From positions 52,762,001-52,826,000 of the forward strand of contig NC_043010.1 in assembly GCF_006345805.1 (NCBI RefSeq): DNA of 64,000 bases, read 5' to 3'. This DNA comes from Octopus sinensis (lineage: Eukaryota). The stretch's first letter is position 1; each line of letters starts with the position of its first letter. The notes under the pieces were generated by a model. The model made no database searches. It worked only from the letters and a program-made list of their open reading frames with translations, and was not told the DNA's origin. Below, piece by piece: positions 1 through 13,028 of this stretch. Made by a program: the position numbers and the translations under genes.

Positions 1-344
1 GGATGAAATGCAAAGTCGATCTCGGCGGAATTTGAACTCAGAACGTCGTGGCAGATGAAATACCGCTAAGCCTTTTGCCCGACGTGCTAACGTTTCTGCC
101 AGCTTGCAGTCTTAGAAATACTATTTCTTGATAATTGGATATAATCACTAATTTTCCAGAGCGACTTAGGTTGGTCTGAGTCAGTATAATAACATCCAGA
201 AAAATGGGGTCAGCTCAATCAGTTTATGCTCTGAAAGGAGGCCATAATTAACCCTTTTTGTACCATATTTCCACTGCCATTTGTTTCAGTTAATTTTGAA
301 AAAAACAAAGAATTTAGTATCTTCATTTTTTTAACTAGCTTTAG

Positions 345-575
345 TTATTGGATTATGGCCATGCTGGGGCACCACCTTGAAGAACTTTTTTTGTTGAATA
401 TATACTGACTTCAATTTTTATCTCTTTTTTGTTCTTTTTGTTCAAGCCTGGTACATACTACATCGCTCCTTTGTGCCAAACCATTAAGTTATGGGAACTT
501 AAACAGACCAGCACCAGTACTCAACAGTGTGGAGGGACAAACACAGACATAAAATCACACACACACACACATACG

Positions 576-638
<63 letters not shown>

Positions 639-778
639 TGGGCTTCTTTCAGTTTCCGTCTACCAAATCCATTCACAAAGCTTCGGTCGGCCTGAGGCTA
701 TAGTAGAAGACACTTGCCCAAGGTGCCACACATGTCATTCGTTAGCAAGCTACTTACCACACAGCCACTCCTGTGCCT
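345..778 (-). mobile_element. S2 bipartite tRNA-derived SINE
   Basis: Head GGAGTGGCTGTGTGGTAAG, body TTGGGCAAGTGTCTTCTACTATAGCC, an internal (TA/CA)n tract, then a second module ending CCAGCATGGCC. Confidence 0.8.
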
Positions 779-925
779 ATAAAATTATTTACATTATTTA
801 CATCTCTTAAAGGGCATCCAACTGTAAAAATCCTGTCAAATCAGTCACAGAAGCCTGACTGGCTCCTGTCAAACCATACCACCCACATCAGCATGGAAGG
901 TGGACGTTAAACAGTGATGAAGAAT

Positions 926-1102
926 GGAGAAAATCACATCTTTGACGATTACACCATACACTTACCAACAGTCATTTCCATTCTGCCAGCATATGTAGAT
1001 ACCAAATACCAGTCAAACTGGTATATCTGTAACTTTATACCAATGCAATGTTATTGTCAGTAATGTATGGTGTAATCGTCAATTAAAAATGTGATTTTCT
1101 CC
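926..1102. mobile_element. Palindromic MITE-like element
   Basis: About 35-bp inverted arms (GGAGAAAATCACAT..TTGACGATTACACCATACA and its reverse complement) with an internal hairpin ATACCAGT-CAA-ACTGGTAT. Confidence 0.55.
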
Positions 1103-1815
1103 ACCCTTCTTCATGTTATATTCTCTGAATTTCTGAAAATTCTTCTGAGTGATATTTGGATTAACTTATCATACAAGAGGAATTACCTTGGATGTTAATT
1201 CCATCTGAATTCATTCGTATCTGATTGTTTGATGTAGATAACGAAATTCGCTTAATACCTGAATGCCTTTGAGATATCTGCCTTAATTTATTAATCCCTT
1301 CCACCTCTTCTTATATACATGCATACATACAGATACACTTACAACAAAACAAGGAATTGGAGATTTCTTGCTAAGATTTATTCACCATTACACATGTTTC
1401 ATTTCCTAATAGAAATTACAAAGTTTTACATGTTAATAGACATATAAGGAATTCCCAATTAGAAATTAAATAATACACTAACTACCTACATAACAGACAC
1501 ACACACACACACACACACACAAAAGAAAATTTATAAAATAGAAATGTAATGTCGATATAATTTATTATCTGCAAAAGTCCAATGTATTCTCTTACAGCTG
1601 TTTCAATTTAGCCTAAAAGATTAAATTAAAATAATTAAATCTCTGTATTAAGCAAAATCGCATCAGAAGGGTAGAAGAGATACTCTGTTTTCAAATCCTC
1701 TTAGCAGACTCAAAATAATAAGCAATGAACCAGTAATTCATGGGATATTACTATCTCTTAATGAAGCTATTTTTAACCTCTAATTGAAAGTATATATATA
1801 TATATATGTGTGTGT

Positions 1816-2090
1816 GGAGGCGCAATGGCCTAGTGGTTAGGGCAGCGGACTCGCGGTTGCAGGATCGCGGATTCGATTCCCAGACCAGGCGTTGTGAGTG
1901 TTTATTGAGCGAAAACACCTAAAAGCTCCACGAGGCTCCGGCAGGGGGTGGTGTACTCTTTCACCACTCTTTCTTCTGTTGGCCTGCTCGCTTAGCCAGC
2001 GGGGTGGCATCATTCGAAGGCTAAAACAATGCGAACGCATTGTGACCAGCGATGTGTAACAACATCTGATGGTCTAGTCGGTCACATGAT

Positions 2091-2097
<7 letters not shown>
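1816..2097 (+). mobile_element. S3a tRNA-derived SINE
   Basis: GGAGGCGCAATGGCCTAGTGG A-box and GGATTCGATTCC B-box. The 3' tail ending GATCACGTGA is also present alone at 18386-18506 and 24215-24335. Confidence 0.85.
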
Positions 2098-2135
<38 letters not shown>

Positions 2136-2652
2136 AAAAAATATAAAAAGCATACTACATATATTTATACATAGCCAATACAAGTAGCACCACACACTAT
2201 GTCAAGGGGACCTCTATCTGGTTACCAAGCAACCAAATCCTTTACACATCACACTCTTTATACTCAACCAAACAGTAGGGTGCGATAAGGGTGTTTGATT
2301 GTTTACCCCTTATTGTCTGATAGGGTGTGATCTGACCAGGGGCTAAACAACAACCATACTTTCCATTATTTCATGTTTTGTCCATTAGAAATACAAGTAA
2401 AAAGTGTCACTAACAATCACATCATCCTGACGACAAGGCTGAGAAGGTCTAGAAATATTAATAGCTTAAAATAGTTATTGCTTCAAACCAGATGCGAAAG
2501 ATTAATGAGGAATTAAGAAAAAATGAATAATTAATTAAAAGACCAAAACTGAAACACAGTCATGTTTCATGTGCATACATGCACACACACACACACATAT
2601 ACATACATAAACATACACACATTCATATCAGTGTGTGTGTGTGTAAATCACA

Positions 2653-2692
<40 letters not shown>

Positions 2693-2934
2693 TATATACA
2701 CACACATTCATACACATATATAAATATATAGATATATTATAAATAAACAATCTTGATTACCTTATTATATGTAAGAACATACATTGTATAAATATAATAT
2801 ATATACTGTGTATACATATACACAGTTGACGACTGTATGTACGCATGTATTTATGCATGTGTATTTGTATGTGTGTATGTATGTACTATGCATGTATATA
2901 TATATATAAACATGTATGTATATATTATAGCGTA

Positions 2935-3010
<76 letters not shown>

Positions 3011-3050
3011 AGATAGATACACAGACAGACGGACAGACAGGCAGACAGGC

Positions 3051-3127
<77 letters not shown>

Positions 3128-3754
3128 TGTGATAATTCAATGAAATTATTTTGAGCTCTATTGTAGAATTGCTGAATACTTGGTCTTTTGTTTAGCATAT
3201 AACAATTGCATATAATTGATAACTGAAGAATAAATTCAGTTAAATCCTCTGAAGCTTCCTTAATTACAATTAGGATTCATAGTATAATGAAAACAAACAA
3301 TAAATAAAAAAAAATTATCTTTAAAAAAATACAACAAAAATATTGCTTCTTTCTTGTTGTTATATAAAGTGAAGAACGTTGCATGTGAGAGGTGTCAACA
3401 GACCCAATCGATCAATGTGAAATAATTATATTAAGAATAAAAATTAATTAGAAAAAGAATGGTAAAAAAAATAATTATTATAACAGAAAATAAACAAGAA
3501 ATGAATTTAAAAAAGAAGCGATGGAAAAAAAGCATAAAGCAAAAGAAAAACATATTTCCTGTAATTTTTTCCATTTTTTTTTTTCTATTTTTCTATATTT
3601 ATTAAAAGTTGGTCTGACCCAAACATGTGATCAGTCAGGTGACTAGTCATGTGATTGATGGCTAATCAGGTAATGTAATACTTCTGCATACCCCTTTCCT
3701 CATCACATTCATCACAAAACAAACCATCTACACCACAACTGCAATAACTGCCCC

Positions 3755-3794
<40 letters not shown>

Positions 3795-3948
3795 GTAGTA
3801 GTACTACTGCTAGTCGCAAATGAGAACATAGTAATATATATATATATGTGTGTGTATTGCTAAATGTATTATATAATAACATATAGATGTGTGTTTGTAA
3901 ACAAATATATATAGATGTATGTGTGTGTGTATTTATATATATATATAT

Positions 3949-3980
<32 letters not shown>

Positions 3981-4046
3981 TACATATATTTAACTATGCA
4001 TATATGTAGATATGATATGCATATGTACATGTGTGTATACATATAA

Positions 4047-4090
<44 letters not shown>

Positions 4091-5877
4091 TTATATATAT
4101 ATATGTACATACATATACATACATACATATATATATATATATGTATATGTATGTACACACACACATATATTTAACTATGCATATATGTAGATATGATATG
4201 CATATATACATGTGTGTATACATATAAATGTATATATATATATATGTATGTATATGTATGTACACATACACACACATATATATATATATACATCAATGTA
4301 CATATACATATAAATATACACACACACACACACACACACACATATAGACACATAAACACATGCATTTGCAGGCAGAGAGAGAGAGAGAGAGAGAGAGAGT
4401 ATGAGAAAGTGAAGTCTATAGATAGAGAAGGGAAAAGAATGAGAGAGATTTAGAGGAAGTGAGACAAATAGATGCATGCTCGTGAGTGACAAAACGATAG
4501 CCGGAAGTCAGAGATAGACGCACAGACAGACACGCAGAGACTGACAGGGGAGATAATTATATAGACAGAAAGGAAAATATAGATCTAAAAAAATTTGTAT
4601 TACGATGATGATGGTGGTGGTGTGGTGACAACTATAGAGATGTTGTGGTTTTCATTCCAGTACCAATGTGGTGGTAGTGGTGGTGGTAGTGGTCCTGGTG
4701 GGAAAGGTAGTCACATTGATGTTAATGCTGATGTTAGTGGCAGTGATGCTGACATTGCTGTTCAACCCTAGGTCAGCTCTGAATGAGTATAACCATAATC
4801 AAGGGTATTGACATCTACTGGCATCTCAAGTCTTGGGCATACATTGGGTCTCAAGGGACTAGGGTCCCAGTTCTAATCTATTTATACCATGGCTTACTGT
4901 CAGTAAATTAACCACAACCACTTGGTAGCACATACTGGTTTCTTTACATCCCCCTTATATACCACACAGCCACTCCTGCGCCTATAAAATTATTTACATT
5001 ATTTACATCTCTTAAATATAGAACTGTATTATTTAGTTGTTGTTTAGACCCCAGATTAGCTCTGATTGAACAGATCTATGATCAAAGTCATTCCAGTCAT
5101 GACCATCTCCATCTCATCTTTCCTGGACTACACCAAGGACTACACCAAGAATAGGGTATGATATGAGGGAGGTTTAGCAGCTATTTCTTGTAGAAGGTCA
5201 TATGACCACATAGACGTGGTATAATGAAGTGTGATATAGTTTAGTGAGCAGTTGTTGATGTTATTGTTATTGTTTAGCCCCGTGTCAGAAGTGCTCAAGC
5301 TAACCTATGATCAAAAGCTCCTGGCTCACTGATACAAACTTCCGGTTTTTAAGTGATCAAATTTAAAACCTTCCAGAATAAGTCCCAGGCTTCAAAAAGA
5401 AGAAAAATTAAGTCCTGGGATTGATTTGTTTGCCTAAAAACCCTTCAAGGCGGTTTCTCAGCAAGGCCATATTCCACTGATTGAAATGAGTTCACCGTAA
5501 AATGATAAACTGTACAGATAATCTTCACCCCAACTGCCTGTGTTGCATGTCACATAACTATTTACTAAGCGATACCATCTACAACCATTGATACCATTAC
5601 TGTCATCAGTGCATCTGTTATCTTTCACTTGCTTAAGTCATTAGACTGCGACCATGCTGGGGCACCGCTTTTAGCTGAAGAAATCAACCCCAGGACTTAT
5701 TCCTTCTAAGCCTAGTACTTACTCTATTGGCCTGTTTTTGCCGAACTGCTAAGTTGCGGGGATGTAAACACACCAACATCGGTTGTCAATACAGACACAC
5801 AAATATATACATATATACGATGGGCTTCTTTCAGTTTCCGTCTGCCAAATCCACTCACAAGACTAGCAGAAGACAAA

Positions 5878-6110
5878 GGCAGTGAGTTGGTAGAAACGTT
5901 AGCATGCTGGGCAAAATGCATAGTGTATTTCACCTGTCTTTACATTCTGAGTTCAAATTCCACTGAGGTCGACTTTGCCTTTCATCCTTTCGGGGTCAAT
6001 GAATTAAGTACCAGTTACACACTGGGGTCCATGCAATCAACTTAATCCCTTTGTCTGTCCTTGTTTGTCCCCTCTGTGTTTAGCCCCTTATGGGCAATAA
6101 AGAAATAAGA
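5878..6110 (+). mobile_element. S1 SINE nested in an S2 SINE
   Basis: Full head to AAAGAAATAAGA tail. The S2 host continues on both sides, with AGAAGAC duplicated. Confidence 0.8.
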
Positions 6111-6475
6111 AGACACATGCCCATGGTGCCATGCAGTGGGACTGAACCCAGAACCATGTGGTTGAGAAGCAAGCTTCTTACCACACAGCCATGCCACTGA
6201 TAAAAACCACTGGTAGTATTGATACCACCAATATTACTATCAACACCAGTAGCATTATCACCACAGCCATCAACAACAATACCAAAGCGACTAGTAAAAA
6301 TAGTAGTCAAGCCTCCCTCAAATCAAACCTTGTTGTCCTATAAAAGGAAAGCAAAAACAGGATAGCAGAGTCTTTGATTCCTCCTTAAAAAAACAGGATG
6401 GTCACAGGTGTAATCAGGGCTATCATAACACCATTATAGGGCCCTGGACAAATCATTGCACTTCAAAATCAAATT

Positions 6476-6900
6476 CGATGACTGGCATCCGTGCAAGTGG
6501 AGCACTAAGAGTACCATACGAGCATGATTATTGCCAGAGCAACAAGCTGGCACGTAAAAAGCACCATTCGAGCGTGATCATTACCTGCGTTGCCTTACTG
6601 GCATGTGAAAAAACATTCAAGTGAGGTCGTTGCCAGTGCCACTGGACTGGCTCCTGTGCAGGTGGCATATAAAAAGCACCATTTGAGTGTGGTCGTTGCA
6701 GTACACTGACTGGCACGTAAAAGCACCCACTACACTCTTGGAGTGGTTGGCATTAGGAAGGGCATCCAGCTGTAGAAACTCTGCCGGATCAGATTGGATT
6801 CTGGTGCAGCCATCTGGTTCGCCAGACCTCAGTTAAATCGTCCAACCCATGCTAGCATGGAAAGCAGACGTTAAACAATGATGATGATGATGATGATGAT
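6476..6900 (+). mobile_element. (GAT)n-tailed retroposon (RTE-like 3' end inferred)
   Basis: GGCACGTAAAAAGCACC subrepeats, GGAAGGGCATCCAGCTGTAGAAAC, and GGACGTTAAAC-(GAT)n. Other copies on + at 11975, 18105, 22255, 42165, 49300, 51183 and 51765, and on - at 55785, 56695, 60870 and 63890. Confidence 0.8.
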
Positions 6901-7099
6901 GTGTCCTGTAATAGATGGATGAAATGCCTCAAAGTGCTTTGTCTGGCATGCTAATGAGACCTCTGCTCACTGGTTAAACAATTACAGCAACAACAGTATG
7001 AATACCTCTCTGATGAAGACCACTGGTACTATCACCAATGCTACTATCAACACCAGTAGCATTATCTCCACCCCCATCATTACCAATACCTATACCAGT

Positions 7100-7388
7100 A
7101 TCAATACAAATCAGTGCATGATGTGGAATAATGGTGTGGTAATGTTGAGGGTAATGATGATGACAATGATGGTGATGATGCTGATGATAGTGATGTTGGT
7201 GATGATTAGGGTAATGATGATGATGGTAATGATGAAGATACATGATGATGATGATGATGATGATGACGAAGATGATTAAAGCTGAAAGACAAATGGATTG
7301 AAGTTGATGGTGATGGTAATGATGAACTAATGATGGTGACAGTAAAGGAAGAAAAAAAGACAAGAAAGAGAGAGAGAGAGCAAGAGTA

Positions 7389-7434
<46 letters not shown>

Positions 7435-7653
7435 ATTGGTGCATGATGACAGAAAATATTGTCATGTATGCTGAATGCAAAAACTGAGAACATGCATACT
7501 GTAAACACTGGTGATGATGATGATGATGATGACAACGACGATGACGACGGTGATGATGATGATGATGCTGGTAGTGGAATTAGGTAGGTTTGTAGACAAG
7601 TAGGAAGAAGAGCCAGGGCTGAAGAGAAGCCCTGTATATACATATGTATCGCA

Positions 7654-7714
<61 letters not shown>

Positions 7715-7870
7715 AAGAGGGAAAGGGGAAAAGAAATAGAAAAAGGGAGATAGAGAAATGGGGGAAGAGAAAGAGAAAAAGAAGTGAGAGAAAAAGAATA
7801 AGAGAAATGGAGAGAGAAAAACGGAAGGAGAAAAGGAGAGAGAAAGAAAGAAAAAAGAGGGCGAGAAAGT

Positions 7871-7907
<37 letters not shown>

Positions 7908-7996
7908 AAGGATGAATGAAAAAGAGGTCAAGAGAGAGTAGGGTGCATTGAGTAAGGAGAAAGAAATAAGACACATACATGGAAAAAGACAGAAAG

Positions 7997-8037
<41 letters not shown>

Positions 8038-8130
8038 AAGAGTCAGAGAGACAGAGACAGAAAGTGAAGGGAGGGACAGGAGCAATAATGAATGTAATGG
8101 AGGAGGAAGTGGTGGTGGTGGTGGTGGTGG
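7100..8130. repeat. (GAT)n, (GA)n and purine-rich low-complexity block
   Basis: Direct reading. Confidence 0.9.
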
Positions 8131-8218
8131 TGGGGGGGCAGGTGTAGTCAATGTACAATCGATCAATTTACACACGGCAGATGATGCAAACACTGAGAAC
8201 AGAGGGCAGCAGCAGGGA

Positions 8219-8252
<34 letters not shown>

Positions 8253-8679
8253 CAATGATGATAATGAAGCATCATCATCATCATCATCATCATCATCAAC
8301 AGCCCCCCCCCCTTTTTTTTTACAATACCATAAACATCACTGTCATCACCACCACCATCACAACATCAGTATCATTACTACTACTACTACTACCATCACC
8401 ATTGTATCTCCACAGGTAATGCCACCATTACTAGCAATTTTACTGCTGCTGCCCCTGCTGCCACCACACCACCACCACCACCTCCATATAATCACTACTA
8501 ATACTACTACTACTAACTATAACTACTACTATCTTCTGAATACCAGCATTGACACCTTCGTTGTTAAAGGCAAGAACCACAATACCTACCTCTACCAATT
8601 ATCTCCCCTGCTATAAAAACCACCACTGCCGACACCACCACTCTATATTACCATGACCAACTCCACTATAATCATGATA

Positions 8680-9330
8680 TGTTACCACAGTTAGGTTTGA
8701 TATTACTATAGCTAGCTGTGCAATTACCACAGCGGTTGCCATTATTAACAGAGCTAGCCCTACTAGCTTTGATAATAATTTCACAGCTATTATTATGATT
8801 GGTTACCATAGTTAGCTTCAATATTACCATAGCTATTTTTGCCCATTACCACTGTTAGCCTTTCTGTTACCATAGCTCACCCATTGTTACCACAGGCAGA
8901 CTCATTATTACAACAGCTAACTTGCCTATTACCATAGCTAACCTTACTATTACCGTAGCTCTTCATCTGTTACCATAGGTAACCTCATCATTACCACAGC
9001 TAACCTGCCTAGTACCATAGCTAGCCTTACTATTACTGTAGCTCCCCCGTCTGTTACCATAGGTAACCTCATCATTACCACAGTTAACTTGCCTATTACC
9101 ATGACTAGCCTTATTATTACCATAGCTCACCCACCTGTTACCACAGGTAATCATCCTATTACCACAGCTAACTTGCTTATTACCATGACTAGCATTACTA
9201 TTACCATAGCTTACCCATCTGTTACCAAAGCTTGGTATGCAATAACAATAACTTACTTACCTATTACTATGGCTAGCTCACCTATTTGTTACCACAGCTG
9301 GGGTCACAATTACCATAGTTAACTTGAACA
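8680..9330. repeat. Degenerate 21-bp tandem repeat with an 84-bp higher-order unit
   Basis: Units such as ATTACCATAGCTAGCCTTACT, ATTACCGTAGCTCTTCATCT, GTTACCATAGGTAACCTCATC and ATTACCACAGCTAACCTGCCT recur in this order at 8930-9230. Confidence 0.8.
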
Positions 9331-9344
9331 ATACCACAATTAGC

Positions 9345-9745
9345 CTTTTGACTGCAGCCATGCTGGAGCACTGCCTTTAGTTGAGTAAATCGACCCCAGG
9401 ACTTATTCTTTGTAAGCCTAGTACTTATTCTATCGATCTCTGTTGCCGAACTGCTAAGTTACGGGGACGTAAACACACCAGCATCGGTTGTCAAACGACG
9501 TTGGGGGGACAATATATATATATATACATATACATATGTACGACAGGCTTCTTTCAGTTTCTGTCTACCAAATCCACTCACAAGGCTTTAGTAGTGTTAT
9601 GGGTTAACACTGGAAGCAAAAAAACATCTGCAGAAAGTAATACAAGGCTATAGTAGAAGACACTTGCCCAAGGTGCCACGCCGTGGGACTAAACCCAGAA
9701 CCATGTGGTTGGCAAGCAAGTTACTTACCACACAGCCACTCCTAC
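9345..9745 (-). mobile_element. S2 SINE carrying a 52-bp foreign insert
   Basis: Both S2 modules are present; 9593-9644 is not S2 sequence. Confidence 0.8.
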
Positions 9746-10091
9746 ACCTATACTTGCAGGTCTGGCACCAAAGTTTAAAACCAATATTACCTCAAGTCTT
9801 AAAGCAACAAGCTGGTAAAATCATTGGTGCATGCTGGGCATGCTTAGTTCCATTTCATCTGTCTTTGTGTTCTGAGCTCAGATTCCATTAAGATCAACTC
9901 TGTTTTTCATCGTTTTGCAGGGTCAATAAAATAAGTACCAGTTGAGCACACAGGGGTTGATATAATTGATTTACCCGCCTCCTCTGATCTTGCTGGCTTT
10001 GTGGCAAAATCTGAAGCTGATATTACTACAGGTCTTAAGGCAGTGAGCTGGCAGAACCATTAGTATGTGCAGGGCAAAATGCTTAGCGGCA

Positions 10092-10743
10092 TTTTGACCA
10101 CACCTTGTCATCTCTGGTCTTTACATTTTGACCACCATGGTCATCTCTGGTCTTTACATTTTGACCACCATGGTCATCTCTGGTCTTTACATTTTGACCA
10201 CCTTGGTCATCTCTGGTCTTTACATTTTGACCACCATGGTCATCTCTGGCCTTTACATTTTGACCACCATGGTCATCTCTGGACTTTACATTTTGACCAC
10301 TTTGGTCATCTCTGGTTTTTACATTTTGACCACCATGGTCATCTCTGGACTTTACATTTTGACCACCATAGTCATCTCTGGTCTTTACATTTTGACCACC
10401 ATGGTCATCTCTGGCCTTTACATTTTGACCACCATGGTCATCTCTGGTCTTTACATTTTGACCACCATGGTCATCTCTGGTCTTTACATTTTGACCACCA
10501 TAGTCATCTCTGGTCTTTACATTTTGACCACCATGGTCATCTCTGGCCTTTACATTTTGACCACCATGGTCATCTCTGGACTTTACATTTTGACCACTTT
10601 GGTCATCTCTGGTTTTTACATTTTGACCACCATGGTCATCTCTGGACTTTACATTTTGACCACCATGGTCATCTCTGGTCTTTACATTTTGACCACCAGG
10701 GTCATCTCTGGTTTTTACATTTTGACCAGCATGATCATCTCTG
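10092..10743. repeat. 33-bp minisatellite (19 units) inside an S1 SINE
   Basis: Unit CATCTCTGGTCTTTACATTTTGACCACCATGGT. SINE head at 10035-10091; the SINE body resumes at GCCTTTCATCG (about 10744). Confidence 0.95.
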
Positions 10744-12296
10744 CCTTTCATCGTTTTGATAGATTGGTAAAATAAGTACCAGTAATCAACTTACCCACCT
10801 CACCTGATCTTCTTGGCCTTATGGCAAAATTTGAGACTGTTATTAACCACAGCTCACCCATCTGTAAGCAAAGTTAGCTTCGTTTACCTCCACGTCTAGC
10901 TGCCGTATTATCACAACATATTACCACAGACAGCATCCCCCCCCCCAGTGCCATCTCCACATCAATAACATAAACACCCACTTCATTATACGAACAGCAC
11001 TCAGTCTCCAACACCCCACCACCACCACCACCACCACCACCACCACCACCATTACTATCCACCAGCAACCTCCTATAATCCAATATCACAACAAAACACC
11101 TCTACTGCTGACACGCACCTCCACCACATTCAAACACATCCAAAAGCATCCGCGACCACCTCAATGCCATTATAGTTAGTCAAAGCCACAGGCACCATCA
11201 TTAAGACTGTATCATTACCAGCACATCAGTGAGTATCCCCACCACCACCACCACCACCGCCACCTCCACCATCTCTACCGCCATTACTGCCACCATCGCT
11301 ACCACTGCCGCCACAACCACCAAATAACAACTACAACATTTTCACTGGAAGCTATTGCACTAAAAGCAGAGAATGGTTGGTTTTTAACAAATGCTACAGT
11401 TTAGTCATATACCAAGACATACACACACACACACACACGCACACGCACGCACGCACGCACACACACACACAAACACACATGCATGTAAGCACGTACACAC
11501 GTCTCTAAATACTCATATGCATACACACAACCATTCACACGCATATATATATGCAAACTCCTCCACTCTTATTTGTTTCAGTTCCTGGACTGTATCCACG
11601 TCAGAGCGGGTATTGTATATATGGATGTATGTATGATGTGTGTGTGTGTGTGTGTGTGTGAGCGCGTATGTATGTGAATAAGTATGTGGGCATGTATATA
11701 CATATGTATATCTATCTAACAATATATATACACATATACAAACATATATATATATATATATATAATCAAAATAAGCAACAAGAATGACTCCGGTAATTTG
11801 GTACGATCGTTTCATACTACATCTTTTTATTAAATGTTGTAAGTATTATTTTGATTATAATCACCCCACGGATTTTTATGGATAACACCATACAAAATTC
11901 TGGTGCATCTAAATTAAGTACCATATTCATTTGAATCTAAATTTTTGCTGAACCTATATCTATATATATATATACACTCTCGGAGTGGTTGGCGTTAGGA
12001 AGGGCATCCAGCTGTAGAAACACTGTCAGATCAGACTAGGCCTGGCGCAGCCTTCTGGCTTCCCAGACCCCCAGTTGAACCATCCAACCCATGCTAGCAT
12101 GGAAAACGGACGTTAAACGATGATGATGATGGTGATATATATATATATATATATATAGAAAGATGAATAATCTTGTTGCAGATTAATCAAAAGTTTAACC
12201 GATACCTTGGTATCAAAAATCACAGCAGAAGAAAGCACGGTTGGAGATAAAACCTTTTGGTGTTGCAACCGTGCGTTGGTGCGGATAATTGAATTT

Positions 12297-12568
12297 TAGT
12301 ATTATTAGTGAATTGAAGAAATGGAGTTGAACGAAGATTGAACAGAATTCCTTTTATTGCATTCTACACATGTTTCAAAAGCCACAATTTTCCAAATTCT
12401 GATTAAATAAGGATACCATATTGTGGCTTTCTCTTCAGGAAAAAAATAGGAATTCCGTTGGCAGAACAAAACAGAACAGAGGCGCAGCAAAGCATGTGTA
12501 GAATGCAATAAAAGGAATTCTATTCAATCTTCGTTCAACTCCATTTCTTCAATTCACTAATAATACTA
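12297..12568 (-). mobile_element. Penelope-like pLTR/retrozyme element with 76-bp terminal inverted arms
   Basis: Arms 12297-12372 and 12493-12568 are reverse complements with 1 mismatch and enclose the hammerhead. Confidence 0.7.
12365..12438 (-). ncRNA. Type I hammerhead ribozyme motif with long stem II
   Basis: Minus strand: TTC-CTGAAGA-G-AAAGCCACAAT...ATTGTGGCTTT-T-GAA-ACA-TG-TGT-A-GAA. It has an 11-bp perfect stem II and a GUA triplet; stem I is TTC/GAA extended by GAATTCCT/AGGAATTC. Confidence 0.8.
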
Positions 12569-12571
12569 TAT

Positions 12572-12630
<59 letters not shown>

Positions 12631-13028
12631 ATAATGAATTCTCCTGTCATTAGATGATGTATGAGGGTTCGACAATTTCTTACCGAACAACCACACATAC
12701 GATTTGTTTATAGTGATCAAATGTCTGTGTACACATAAGCTCACTCCCTCCATCAAATCAACATTACCTGTACAGGTGCAATAGGTGACCAAAGCCTTGT
12801 GAGTGGATTTGGTAGACGGAAACTGAAAGAAGCCTGTTGTATATATGTGTGTGTGTGTATTTGTGTGCATGTATTTCTGTGTGTGTGTGTGTGTGTGTAT
12901 GTTTGTGCATCTGTGTTTGTCAACCCTAATATTAGTAGGGTCTGTGGCCCCTGCAGGTACACAAACATTTGGTTATAGCAGATTTTTGTTAACCCAAATG
13001 TTGTAAAAACATCTGTGTATTACTTTCT

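Noticed and set aside
967-1027. Minus-strand exon-like segment IYQFDWYLVSTYAGRMEMTV with a GTAAGT donor
   Set aside because: It lies inside the palindromic MITE 926-1102 and shares AACAGTCATTTCCAT with about 19062, so it is probably repeat-derived.
1189-1612. Three small minus-strand exon-like pieces (17, 28 and 72 nt)
   Set aside because: Weak acceptors, stops in most phases and no recognisable product.
1816-1890. tRNA gene calls for SINE heads (here and at 45308 and 63757)
   Set aside because: No complete cloverleaf or acceptor stem; each runs directly into a multi-copy SINE body.
2427-2462. CTGACGA...GAAATATT hammerhead-like spacing
   Set aside because: The intervening sequence does not form stem II.
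3990-4290. About 180-bp tandem duplication of a TA/TG block (similar cases at 34270-34510 and 18545/19176)
   Set aside because: Ordinary slippage or unequal crossover in low-complexity DNA, or an assembly artefact.
10092-10743. CRISPR-like appearance of the 33-bp and 44-bp arrays
   Set aside because: The units are head-to-tail with no unique spacers, and the context is eukaryotic.
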